Position numbers and translations under genes: made by a program
In this document: positions 17,407 through 27,341 of the stretch, piece by piece
How positions within the stretch are numbered: the first letter of the stretch is position 1
How the letters are laid out: the number at the start of each line of letters is the position of its first letter
Notes under the pieces: generated by a model
Told to the model about the DNA's origin: nothing
What the model saw: only the letters and a program-made list of their open reading frames with translations
Database searches by the model: none
Assembly: GCA_045047115.1 (NCBI GenBank)
Contig: JASFYR010000027.1
Span: 1-29,514 of the forward strand
Source: Sulfurospirillum sp.
GTDB taxonomy: Bacteria; Campylobacterota; Campylobacteria; Campylobacterales; Sulfurospirillaceae
Direction of reading: 5' to 3'
DNA length: 29,514 nucleotides

Positions 17407-19137
17407 TTATTTCTGCATAGATGTCAAACTCCCTCTTTTACCCTCTAAACTCACCCCCCCAAAAAAAAACAATCCCCCGCCAGAAAGCGCACAAACCCTC
17501 TTTTTATAAGCTGTAATACTTTTGCTAAGATTCTCAATATCCTTTTCAATCTTCTCAATTTTTTTACTTTTCTCTCCCATCTCTTTTTTTAGCTTTTGAT
17601 TCTCTTTATTGATGATTTCAATTTTGGTGTTATTGATTTTTATATCTTCTAATTCATACTTTAAAGTATCAACATAAGGAAATATACTTTTAAATCTATG
17701 TTTTATATCTTGAATTTTTGATACACTAAAACAATCAACAACCTTTATCTCTTTTGTAATTAAATCCTTCTGATATGCCTGATGAGAGAGATACAGTGAT
17801 GCCTGGTGAAGTAAAATGGTATTGTTTGTCTTTTTTGTGCTAAAACTATTAAAGATATTATTACTTGTTTGATATTCAAGTTCAACAAGGTCCAGTTCAT
17901 CTTTGTCAACAAAGGAGGGCTCTAGTATATATTTTTTATTATCTTTAAAATCAATATATTCAAATCTCTTTAAATCATTGGTGATACTCATCATTTCATC
18001 ATTTGTCTTAAAAGAAAAAACAGTGGCAATGTTTCTTTTTATTTCTGTCATGTTTATTCTTCCTATTTTGTTTTCTAGTAAAGTTATATCTTGTGTTGCT
18101 AAAATATATTCAAATGCATTTTCTCTGCACACATCAACATCAGGAATGTATTTGCTTGTAAGTACCTTTTGTGCTTCATCTATGAAGATAGATATGGGAT
18201 TAAGACTTTGATATGAAACTCTTTTGGTTAGCTCATCATATAGTGCTATATTTAAAGCAGAGATAATATTTTCACCAAGAGAAGAGACATTTAAAATGAT
18301 TATTTTTGAGCTGTTTAACTCTTTTATTATATCAAAGCCATCATTGTTTAAAAACTCCAGATTTGCAATACCACTAAGCACAGAAGAGAGTACTCCAATA
18401 ACCCCAAACTTCCCGGAAGTTTCATTTGAATCTTTTAGGTTTTCATAGGTTTTAAAAGAATCTAGTTTGTTTATCAGCTCATCATATGCAATATAGAGTT
18501 TATCGCTGTTTTTAAAATCATTTTCTTTTAGTATCTTTTCTAAAACCAAAGTGGAGAGTTTTGCTTCTGATATAAAGCTTGAGAAGTATATGGGGTCACA
18601 TGTAAGAGAATATATTGTTTTAAAAGACAGTGCATCTATTTTAAACTTGGCAAATATTCTTTTGTAGCAATCAAGCAGTTTGTAATCTTTGTCTTTTAAC
18701 TCTTGTTCTAAAATCTCTTTTGTTATTAAGAATGATTTTAACATCACAACCAGAGTGTTAAACAGATTAAATGATGCATTTTTCCAATACTCTTCAGAAG
18801 TATTACCGTGCAGGGTACTAAATACATTTTCTAAGCTAGAAGAAGAGGTTAGGGTGAGTAGGTTTATACTGCTACCCCATAGTTTTCCTATTTCATATAC
18901 TAAATCTAGTTTGTTGTATTTATTTGCAATTTGTTTTACCTGGGTGTGCAGGTTTCCTTTGAAGTCATATATCAGTAAACTGTGACCTAGTTTTATTCTC
19001 TCTTCTATATTTGGGAGGATATATCCTACTGTTTTACCTGTGCCTGTTTGACCATAGCAGATGGAGTTTGTGAAGGTTGTGGGGATTAACGGGGTATTAG
19101 GCATTACTGTGTTTTTACTAAAACCAATTTGAGTCAT
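17407..19137 (-). CDS. VirD4/TraG/TraD-like (FtsK-HerA superfamily) P-loop ATPase
   Basis: Walker A YGQTGTGKT, LIYDFKG, Walker B IFIDEAQ, ILATQD. No N-terminal TM; coiled-coil tail; last ~30 aa doubtful. Confidence 0.78.
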   Translation of the reverse strand: MTQIGFSKNTVMPNTPLIPTTFTNSICYGQTGTGKTVGYILPNIEERIKLGHSLLIYDFKGNLHTQVKQIANKYNKLDLVYEIGKLWGSSINLLTLTSSSSLENVFSTLHGNTSEEYWKNASFNLFNTLVVMLKSFLITKEILEQELKDKDYKLLDCYKRIFAKFKIDALSFKTIYSLTCDPIYFSSFISEAKLSTLVLEKILKENDFKNSDKLYIAYDELINKLDSFKTYENLKDSNETSGKFGVIGVLSSVLSGIANLEFLNNDGFDIIKELNSSKIIILNVSSLGENIISALNIALYDELTKRVSYQSLNPISIFIDEAQKVLTSKYIPDVDVCRENAFEYILATQDITLLENKIGRINMTEIKRNIATVFSFKTNDEMMSITNDLKRFEYIDFKDNKKYILEPSFVDKDELDLVELEYQTSNNIFNSFSTKKTNNTILLHQASLYLSHQAYQKDLITKEIKVVDCFSVSKIQDIKHRFKSIFPYVDTLKYELEDIKINNTKIEIINKENQKLKKEMGEKSKKIEKIEKDIENLSKSITAYKKRVCALSGGGLFFFGGVSLEGKRGSLTSMQK

Positions 19138-19291
19138 TTTTTATTCCTTTTAGATTATTTTGGATCAAAAGAAATAAGCGCTTTTTTCTTTGTTTGGAGA
19201 ATTATACTGTTTAGGATGCAAAAGGAGAAGAGGGAATGTGTTGCTTTTTGGGTGGGTGGGAAAATAGTGTTTTATCTGTCTAAATTTATTA

Positions 19292-19371
19292 TTACTTCTT
19301 TCTTAAATATGCTGGAGTATCTAAATCTACTTCTTTTTTTATTGACATAGAAACATTGCCTATAATCGGTC
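19292..19371 (-). pseudogene. 3' gene remnant ending in an FtsZ C-terminal-like peptide, cut by the IS3 element
   Basis: My translation: ..PIIGNVSMSIKKEVDLDTPAYLRKK* then two more TAA; the frame is open up to the IS3 end at 19372. Confidence 0.5.
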
Positions 19372-20371
19372 TGATCCGGCTACACTATTTCCCACAAAGA
19401 ATACAAAGCAATTCTTTGGTAAAATAAACACGAAAAGGTGAAAAAATGAGAAATAGCAGATACACAAAAGAGTTCAAGGATTCAACTGTTCAGTTAGTTG
19501 TAAATGGAAATAAATCAGCACTGCAAGTTGCAAGAGAACTTGATGTAAATTCTAAAACACTGTACAATTGGATAAGAGAGTATAAAAAAGCAAATAATAT
19601 CAAAATCGACAACAGAAGGACAACCCAGCTCCCTACATCTAAAGAAACAATAGAAACTGAAAATCGAAGACTTAGGTTAGAAAATAAGTTGCTTAAACTA
19701 GAAAGAGATATATTAAAAAAGGCAACAGCATACTTTGCGAAAGAAACTCTGTGAAGTATGCATTTATTGAAAAATACAAAATGAGTTTCAATATAAATTT
19801 AATGTGTAAAGTTTTTAAAGTTGATAAAAGCAGCTATTACCACTGGATAAGATGCGGGAGCATAGTCAAAAAAGTTGATGAGAAGCTAAATGAGTTAATA
19901 GAGATAATTTTTATGTAATCTAGGCAGACATACGGAACAAGAAGAATTAAAGATAAACTATTGCAAAGATATGGTTTTATAGTCTCAAGAAGAAGAATTA
20001 AAAACATCATGAAAGATTTAAGCTTATCAGTAAAAATGAAAAGAAGATTTAAAATAAGCACTACTGATTCCAGCCATCATTTGCCTATTGCTCCAAATAT
20101 CTTAAATAGAGATTTTTATGCTTCAAATCCAAATCAAAAATATGTTGGTGACATAACATACATCCCTACTAATGAAGGATGGTTATATCTTGCTACCGTT
20201 ATAGATTTATATTCAAGAAGAGTTGTTGGATGGTCAATGGATGAGCGCATGAGAGTATCTTTAGTTAATGATGCATTAAAGATGGCACTATTGTCGAGAA
20301 ATCCTCCAAAAGGACTTATATGGCATACTGACAGAGGTAGTCAATATGCGTCATACGAGCATAAAGATTTA
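19372..20371 (+). mobile_element. IS3-family element, 3'-truncated
   Basis: Left end TGATCCGGCTACACTATTTCCCAC; orfA plus overlapping orfB; no right inverted repeat. Confidence 0.9.
19446..19754 (+). CDS. IS3 transposase OrfA (HTH)
   Basis: RYTKEFK..VARELDV..TLYNWIR..ERDILKKATAYFAKE. Confidence 0.92.
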   Translation: MRNSRYTKEFKDSTVQLVVNGNKSALQVARELDVNSKTLYNWIREYKKANNIKIDNRRTTQLPTSKETIETENRRLRLENKLLKLERDILKKATAYFAKETL

Positions 20372-20374
20372 TGA
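19751..20374 (+). pseudogene. IS3 transposase OrfB, inactivated
   Basis: Frame opens at GTG 19751 with an in-frame TAA at 19916-19918. GDITYI and WHTDRGSQY present; truncated before the catalytic E region. Confidence 0.9.
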
Positions 20375-20420
20375 TCTGTTAGCCCCATTTCCAACTCAGA
20401 ACGCTACCATTTTTTTTATG

Positions 20421-21771
20421 GATACCGCCCCAAACTTTGTGTAAATGCTAAAATTCCAACAAGATAAAAAAAATAAAGAAAGGAAAAGAAGCATGAACAC
20501 AGAAATCAAGAAACAATCAGTTATGGAAAACATAGATTTCAAAGCACTTTCACAGGAGTGTAAAACTACAGAGGATATCTCAAAGCTCACCAAACAGTTT
20601 ATGAAGCAGATGATCGAGGGAATGCTCCAGGCAGAACTCGAAGAGCATCTCTCCCAAAGTGACACGACACCCAAAAACGGCAGTTACACTAAAAAGGTTC
20701 GCTCCGATTCAGGTGAAATAGAGCTGAATATTCCAAGGGACAGAAAAGCGGAGTTTGCCCCAACCGTCGTTAAAAAGGGACAAAGAGACATCTCCGGAAT
20801 CGATGACAAGGTCATCTCGATGTATGCCGGGGGTATGAGTCTAAGAGATATAGAGAAACAGATCAAAGAGATGTCCGATGTGGAGATGTCCGATACCCTC
20901 ATCAGTAGAATCATCGACAAGATCACTCCACAAATCACGGCTTGGCAAAACCGTACCTTAGAAGCAATCTACCCTATTGTCTATATGGATGCAATGGTCT
21001 TTAAAATCAAAGATGAGAGTGGCTTTTATAAAAACAGGGCTTTGCACTTCGCTATTGGTATTACCCTTGAAGGAAAGAAGGATTTGCTCGGTATGTGGCT
21101 CACAGACAACGAGGGTGCGAAGTTCTGGTTACAGATTGTAACGGAGCTCAAAAACAGAGGCGTGGAAGATCTACTCATAGCTTCCGTAGACGGGCTCAAA
21201 GGCTTTAGTGAAGCGATTAACTCCGTTTTTCCAAAAACCATCGTACAGCGCTGTATTATTCATCAGATTTGCTATTCACTGAAGTATGTCGGTAGTAAGT
21301 TTCAAAAAGAGTTTATGAGTGACCTCAAGCGCGTCTATAAAGCCCCTACTAAAGAGGCGGCCGAAGAGGCGCTGCTCCAGCTCGAGAAGAAGTGGGGTGA
21401 GCGCTATCCTATGGTCATCAACTCTTGGGTGAACAACTGGAGTGAACTCTCGGCTTATTTCAAATATTCCGAGCCTATCAGACGCATTATCTACACTACC
21501 AATACCGTCGAGGGATTCAATCGTCAAGTTAGAAAGATAACAAAGACAAAAGGAGGATTCAACAGTGACGATTCACTCTTCAAACTGGTATTTTTAGCTT
21601 ACAGGGATATCGCTAAAAAGTAGGAAAAATCGATCTCGAACTGGGCGGAGATAATTTCGCAGCTCTCCATTCATTTTAGCGATCGACTTGAGGGAAAAAT
21701 AAGATGAAGTCTGTTATAATGGATCTCTCAAAAAAGGTGAATTTGGTTTACACAAAATATGGGGCGGTCTC
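20421..21771 (+). mobile_element. IS256-family element with complete ends
   Basis: 25-bp IRs GATACCGCCCCAAACTTTGTGTAAA / TTTACACAAAATATGGGGCGGTCTC (22/25). 8-bp target duplication TTTTTATG at 20413-20420 and 21772-21779. Confidence 0.95.
20493..21707 (+). pseudogene. IS256 transposase with late nonsense codon
   Basis: YPIVYMDA, ASVDGLKG, QRCIIHQ, IYTTNTVEG. TAG at 21621-21623 where KKW is expected; frame continues EKSISNWAEIISQLSIHFSDRL.. to TGA 21707. Confidence 0.88.
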
Positions 21772-21807
21772 TTTTTATGGGCTATTTGCTTTTTTTCTGG
21801 AAAAATT

Positions 21808-22408
21808 TTACCGTCGCCACCTCACAAATTTATCAGCCTCATCCAACTTTTCCGATACATTATTTTCATCATAAAAATAATCCAAAGTAGAAGTTTTTAC
21901 TTCTTGTGTTTTTGCTCTATCTCTTAGATTGTCTATATTATCAGTATATATACTAAGCTCTTCTTTGGCTCTTGTTACCTGAACATAAAATGAATTCATA
22001 TTAGCCATATTTGAATCTGTAAATACTATGACTTTTTTAGATGTTTGTCCTTGAGACTTATAGTCTGTTATAGCATATCCATAATCCAAATAATTATAGG
22101 TATTTCGATTTATTATTATTTCGATTGAATCTTCTTTTTGTACAGTTATTTGTTTGTTGCTGATCTTCTTAATTATCCCAGTCTGCCCATTTTTAATTTT
22201 TAATTTTCGATCATTTTTGGTGAAAATAATCTTATCTCCGACTCCAAACTCTTTATCTTTTATATCAAAGCTGGCTAAATTGCCGCCATGTTTTGATAAG
22301 CTTACCATAATTTCTTTTTGGTCCGCTGTTTTTAAGGTAAGTATATTTTTTTGCTGGTTTACTTCTTGTATGAATGCCTCAGTCCCTGCTTTTAGTCCGG
22401 TAACTAGA
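21808..22408 (-). pseudogene. Fragment of a TraI/TrwC-type relaxase helicase domain
   Basis: FGVGDKIIFTKNDR..IKNGQTG..LDYGYAITDYKSQGQT..SFYVQVTRAK. The frame extends ~100 nt upstream of the track start; relaxase domain absent. Confidence 0.85.
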
Positions 22409-22534
22409 TAAAGAATTAGACGAATGTATCAATGATATTTTAAAGAGTAAGATTGACGAAAAGAAATTTTTATCGAGAGCTCACTTGCTCCCTGCTGAGT
22501 AATCAAAGATTTTTATCTGTGATGGTGTATAAAG

Positions 22535-23500
22535 TTATAATTTATTTACAGTCAAGATACTCGCCAAAGCCTCTATCTTGATTTTTACATCATTCATTTG
22601 TGGTAGTGTCTGAGCATAAACCAAGTCTTTAAAATCGTTAGTGTAGAAACTGTTGAGTTGGTCGAGGACTGTACTTGTATCAGTAAATATTTTTGTTGTA
22701 TATAGTGGTATACTAGCCCAATTATTTTGATTAAATTGGTTTTGGTCATCGATTCTAACTTTTTGTATCATATCTACAAACTCATTTGAGTTTAAAAATG
22801 ATTCTATCTCCACTTCATTCATTAAAAAATAAATATCATAAAAATGTCTGATTTTTTCTTTAAGTTGAGTCTGTTCACTATCACTCTCATAAGAAGCTCG
22901 TGCGACTGCACTTATCTTTTCACAAAAAGTTCTTTTATAGTTTAGCACATTTACATTGAATGGCTCAAGAGAGTAATGTTCTATCATAGCAGGAGCAACT
23001 TTTGATAAAAAATCAAATATATAGGTGCTTATCTCTTTTGCTTCAAAGGGGTGTGGGTGTGCAAAAGAGTTCAATTCTAAGATAATACTTTCATTTGCAT
23101 GACCAAAATTACCGCTTTCTAGTTTCATATAATCGTGAACAGTTTTTCTAAACTCTGAGCCTTTTGAAGTTTGTTCATGGTTTGGTAACTCATTAAAATT
23201 TTCATCTAAGATAGCGACTTCAATTTTTTTAATCAGCTTCTTTATTTGATTCGAACCTGCACCCTCTGTTATAACTGCCAAATCAATATCTTCTGAAAAT
23301 CTATCAATGATTTTATAAGCTTTAGATAACGAGGTTCCACCTTTAAATATGGCAATTTCAGAGTACTCGCTGTTAGCTAGATTCTTTAACACATAAGTAA
23401 CCCAATAATCTTTTTCAATATATAGGAATGGTAAGTTTAAATCTTTTGCAGTTGTATCAATAAGCTCTTTAAAAAGTTCTCTATCCGTGTGAAGTGTCAT
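22535..23500 (-). CDS. AbiEii/AbiGii-family nucleotidyltransferase toxin
   Basis: IEKDYWV, FKGGTSLSK..IDRFSEDIDL, RTFCEK, RHFYDI. Confidence 0.93.
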   Translation of the reverse strand: MTLHTDRELFKELIDTTAKDLNLPFLYIEKDYWVTYVLKNLANSEYSEIAIFKGGTSLSKAYKIIDRFSEDIDLAVITEGAGSNQIKKLIKKIEVAILDENFNELPNHEQTSKGSEFRKTVHDYMKLESGNFGHANESIILELNSFAHPHPFEAKEISTYIFDFLSKVAPAMIEHYSLEPFNVNVLNYKRTFCEKISAVARASYESDSEQTQLKEKIRHFYDIYFLMNEVEIESFLNSNEFVDMIQKVRIDDQNQFNQNNWASIPLYTTKIFTDTSTVLDQLNSFYTNDFKDLVYAQTLPQMNDVKIKIEALASILTVNKL

Positions 23501-24213
23501 ATAATGTTCCAGTATTTTTTTGAAGGTAGAGTATCACTACTGATACCTATTTTAAAACTTGTGATAGGGTTGAGTGTTTCTTTGAGTTTAAATGCTTCTT
23601 GCCAAAGTCCAATCTCTTTGAGTATCGCCCCTAACAATACTCGTGTTCTTGGTGTATATTTCATCGCATACTCAGCGAGTTTAATCTGATTTTCTTTAGT
23701 CTCTTTTGTAATGATACTTTTTAGATATATAAAAGCACTCTCAGGTGTTGTAGCAGGTATCTTTTTAATGTCTTTTAAGGCATCAAGTATCTGTACTAAG
23801 TAAATATCTTCTTTGGCTACATCAACTCTTTTAGGAACAAGTTTGAGTTTGATATTGTCTATCTTTACTTTTTTGTAAGGCTTTGAAGTTGCGATAGTTA
23901 TAGTGTTTGCTATCTGTGTAGTTAAACCAAGTTGTCTGAAACTATTTAACCCAGTTTCATAACTTACACCATCGGCACTGTTTAAATAGCTTGATATTTT
24001 ATCATCGCTACTTGGTTCAACTTCACCAAACACTCTTTTTTTAGGTTTATAAAACTTACCCTTAGATACTTTTTTTATAATCCCTTTTTTATAAAGACGA
24101 GAAAGTTCAATAGCAACTGTTGCTTTCTTGTCGCTAGGTATATCAGCATAAGTAAACAGTTTTGCACCATCAAGTTTATCTATATAGGTTCTAGTGGTTT
24201 GTGCTACTGACAT
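23497..24213 (-). CDS. AbiEi-like (DUF6088-type) type IV antitoxin
   Basis: N-terminal wHTH LSRLYKKGIIKKVSKGKFYKP and LGLTTQI; 4-nt overlap with the toxin. Confidence 0.85.
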   Translation of the reverse strand: MSVAQTTRTYIDKLDGAKLFTYADIPSDKKATVAIELSRLYKKGIIKKVSKGKFYKPKKRVFGEVEPSSDDKISSYLNSADGVSYETGLNSFRQLGLTTQIANTITIATSKPYKKVKIDNIKLKLVPKRVDVAKEDIYLVQILDALKDIKKIPATTPESAFIYLKSIITKETKENQIKLAEYAMKYTPRTRVLLGAILKEIGLWQEAFKLKETLNPITSFKIGISSDTLPSKKYWNII

Positions 24214-24235
24214 ATTTCTCCCTTTTTTTATGAGT

Positions 24236-24273
24236 ATTATAACACTTTATGAAATGTTTTACAAGTATAAAAC
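24236..24273 (-). promoter_or_regulatory. AbiE operon promoter with short palindrome
   Basis: Minus-strand TG-t-TATAAT (24236-24244); GTTTTA-caagta-TAAAAC at 24256-24273. Confidence 0.5.
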
Positions 24274-24445
24274 TTTATTTTTTAAGGTTTGATTAATTAT
24301 TGAATGAGTGAAAATTATGGCTCTTTTACAGTAGATTTTAAACTCTATTTGAATATAATTCAACCATAGATTGGAGTGAGAAACTTATTGGAAAGTTTGA
24401 AACCTCTGTATTGCCTACTATGACGGCATTTGAAGGACAGTATTC

Positions 24446-24461
24446 TCTCGTCCGCACCATT
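24446..24461 (+). repeat. att-like copy of the tRNA-Leu 3' end
   Basis: 15/16 match to 17285-17300, same orientation, includes CCA. Confidence 0.8.
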
Positions 24462-25525
24462 CTTTAAAATACGAGCTTCCAAGAGGTTTTGTGCTTACTT
24501 TAAAAAATCTTAGAAATTATCTTTTTACTACATTTTTACTACGAAGCAGTATTCTTTTGTAATAATAAATTTTATAATTGTATCTCTTTTTTTTCATAAA
24601 TGAAAAATTTTGTACAAAATGAAATAGAATGAAACAAAATACAATACTTTTTTGCCATTTTTTTCTTTATGGACACTCCTGCTTTTTTATAGTATTATTA
24701 TTCCGTTATAATTGTTCAACGAGGGTACCAAGTATTTTTCACTCCCAATACTTTGGCTTCCCATTGAGTAATTTAGCTGGGATACTTGGTGCCTATTCCT
24801 TCTTACTCCTTATTGTATCTCTAGTGTTAAATATATGATAGGCGTTTTATCAAGCGTCTGGTGAAGTAAATTTTTGGCTATATGCAGGCATAGTAATATG
24901 TATATAGCAGGGTACTCAGATTTTAAAAAAATAGTAGAAATTAATATAGTTGCGGCTGGCTCTTACATGGAAACAAAAAAAGGGGATCGACCACATGCGG
25001 ATATGGGCGCTGTGGATGATACTATGCTCTCATCACCTTTCTATACTTACCTAAATCAATCTAACTAGCACATAAAATTGACAAGGAACAAGCTGTACAG
25101 CACAACCGACAGTTGATAGTATACCTAATGCTAAACATGCAAAAAGGCAATGAGGCAGTGACGAATAACCAATCAAAACGACGGAATTATATACTCAATT
25201 TTTTGGGTGCTTCTTGTGTCCTTCCGCTGCTCCTCCTCCCTACTCACTTGTTTTTTTAAAGATAAGATCTTTATACTATTATTCACAAAATGCTTAATTT
25301 AGACACAAAAACACAAGTTTATTAAAAATGTAGATAATGGTAATATTCTACTTTTCAGAACTATATCTATATTTTTTAGTTCTGTATTTTTAGACAATCT
25401 TGCAGGATTTGATCCCATCTCACCTATTTTGATTTTTATATTGCAATTGTAAATATTTTTATTTTAAGCTTTTTGCGAACTACTTTTATATTTTTTAAAG
25501 ATAACTGGCAAAAACACTTTCTTTA

Positions 25526-25534
25526 TGCTATAAT
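25526..25534 (+). promoter_or_regulatory. Extended -10 upstream of the HipA-like gene
   Basis: TG-c-TATAAT. Confidence 0.5.
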
Positions 25535-25581
25535 ATTAAATATTTTTTAAATTGATTCGCAATAAGCTTAAAAGGGTTGAT

Positions 25582-27171
25582 ATGTCTATAAATAGGATTC
25601 AAAAAGATATTTTAAGGGTTTTGATAGAAGAAAAAACATATATAAACTTAAACGATATCATCCTTAAACTTTCTTCCCACAAACTAACTACGAGGACTTT
25701 TCAAAAGCATATAAAACCTCTTGTTGAGACAAATAGGATTGATATATCAGGAAAAGCTTCCTCAACCAAATACATAATCAGTGAAATTCAAAGTTCATAC
25801 CCATCATCTGAGTTTTTATATGTATATAAAGACAACATAATCATAGGGCAGTTTTTTAAAATAAAAGGGATATACAGGTTTTATTATGACAGTGAATACC
25901 TATCGCTATATAATGAGGCAATACCAACTCTTGAGTTAGGTGTAAACCCTTATGACTTTGAAGAGATTCCAGCTATATTTGAAGACAATATACCAGAGGG
26001 CATAAATAAGGAACTCATAGAGATCAAATATAAAGAAGCAGATGAGTTTGAGATATTAAATCTTATGGATGACAGTATAGGTGATTTATGTTTTTCCAAA
26101 TCAAAAGAGAGTTGTTATATTGAAGGTAAAAAAGCACACGGTTTTTTAAGCTCTCTTGATGAGATACTCTCAACTAATCCCAAAATCAATATCTTAGAAG
26201 GATTTAGTATTGATTTGTCAGATGCTGGGCTATTTCTCGAAAACGAAGATTTGTCATCTTTAAAAAATGTTAGAGCAGAGGGAATAAGTGGTTTTCAGTA
26301 TAAAAAGTTTGTAAATATCGATTTTAACAAAAAACAAATTCTTTCAAATGAGAAAAACAGTCAATATATCCTAAAACCATACAGCAAGATAAAAGCTGAT
26401 CCAAAAAGTGATCACTATTTTCCGCATATGGCACTAAATGAACATCTGCATCTCTCTTTTGCAAAGAATGAGCTAGGTTTTCGAGTACCTTACAGTGCTT
26501 TGATAAAAAGAGATGGGGATGAAGAGTACCACTATATTGTAAAGCGCTTTGACAGGCTTGGGGGTAAAAGATTTGCAAAAGCCTCGTTTGCTGCATATAT
26601 GGGATTAAGAAGTGAAAATAAGTATAGTACGACAAGTGAAAAAATGTTTAAACGCATAGAAAGAGAACTTATTTCGCCAAAAGAGAAGATGGAGTTGTTA
26701 AAACATTATGTTTACTCTGTGATAATCGTTCATGAAGATCTACATGCCAAAAACCTTTCTCTTATATATGACAATAATAAAGTTTTATTTGCACCACTGT
26801 ATGATGTCTGCTCTACAGCATTTTATGGTAATGGTTATGGATATGAGTCTCACTTAACAATAAATGGAAAAAGAAATAATATAAGGCCTAACGATTTTAA
26901 AAATATTTGCAAAATACTAAATATCCCTTTTAAAGAATTCAAAAAAGAGGCTGCAAATATCGCCAAGGCATATATCGAAAAAATGCCTCTATATTTTGCA
27001 CAAATTAGAAAAATAGGCTATATACCCTACTCTATCAAAAAACAGGCTACAAAAAGAGGCGAAAGTAGCAGCGTATATATGAAAATAGTTGAAGAAAAAA
27101 ACTTTGTGGATATTTTAGAAAAAAACCATACACAAAGAATTGAATCACTGAAAGAGCTTGGTTGGTGCTGA
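25582..27171 (+). CDS. HipA-family kinase with fused N-terminal HTH
   Basis: GISGFQYK loop, YILKP, YIVKRFDR, HEDLHAKNLS, FAPLYDV; HipA N-subdomain YRFYYDSEY..FEDNIPEG; wHTH-like first ~65 aa. Confidence 0.87.
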   Translation: MSINRIQKDILRVLIEEKTYINLNDIILKLSSHKLTTRTFQKHIKPLVETNRIDISGKASSTKYIISEIQSSYPSSEFLYVYKDNIIIGQFFKIKGIYRFYYDSEYLSLYNEAIPTLELGVNPYDFEEIPAIFEDNIPEGINKELIEIKYKEADEFEILNLMDDSIGDLCFSKSKESCYIEGKKAHGFLSSLDEILSTNPKINILEGFSIDLSDAGLFLENEDLSSLKNVRAEGISGFQYKKFVNIDFNKKQILSNEKNSQYILKPYSKIKADPKSDHYFPHMALNEHLHLSFAKNELGFRVPYSALIKRDGDEEYHYIVKRFDRLGGKRFAKASFAAYMGLRSENKYSTTSEKMFKRIERELISPKEKMELLKHYVYSVIIVHEDLHAKNLSLIYDNNKVLFAPLYDVCSTAFYGNGYGYESHLTINGKRNNIRPNDFKNICKILNIPFKEFKKEAANIAKAYIEKMPLYFAQIRKIGYIPYSIKKQATKRGESSSVYMKIVEEKNFVDILEKNHTQRIESLKELGWC

Positions 27172-27341
27172 TGAATTAAAAAACATGGTAGGTTTTTACA
27201 GGGCCACCATTTTCTTTTGCTACTCATTTTACACACCTTTATCTTTTATCTTTTTTATTCTAAAATTAGGAGTAAGAAAATTGGTTTAAGTAGTTTGATT
27301 TGTGGGGAGCGTTATACTTTTTCCCGGAACTTTTGTCCAAA

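Larger units (their letters stand above)
17285..24461. mobile_element. Decayed tRNA-Leu-integrated island (ICE/IME remnant)
   Basis: Flanked by TCTCATCCGCACCATT (17285-17300) and TCTCGTCCGCACCATT (24446-24461); contains conjugation-related remnants, IS elements and a TA pair; no integrase. Confidence 0.75.

Noticed and set aside
17430..17510. C7/A9 homopolymer tracts as a phase-variation switch in the ATPase tail
   Set aside because: They lie at the extreme 3' end in a compositionally odd patch; low-quality sequence or read-through is as likely. Needs read inspection.
19129..19350. 73-aa plus-strand hydrophobic ORF
   Set aside because: TTG start overlapping the ATPase start, low complexity; the opposite strand gives the more meaningful reading.
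21621..21623. TAG in the IS256 transposase as programmed read-through
   Set aside because: A single TGG-to-TAG transition explains it; TAG is used as a normal stop elsewhere in the window.
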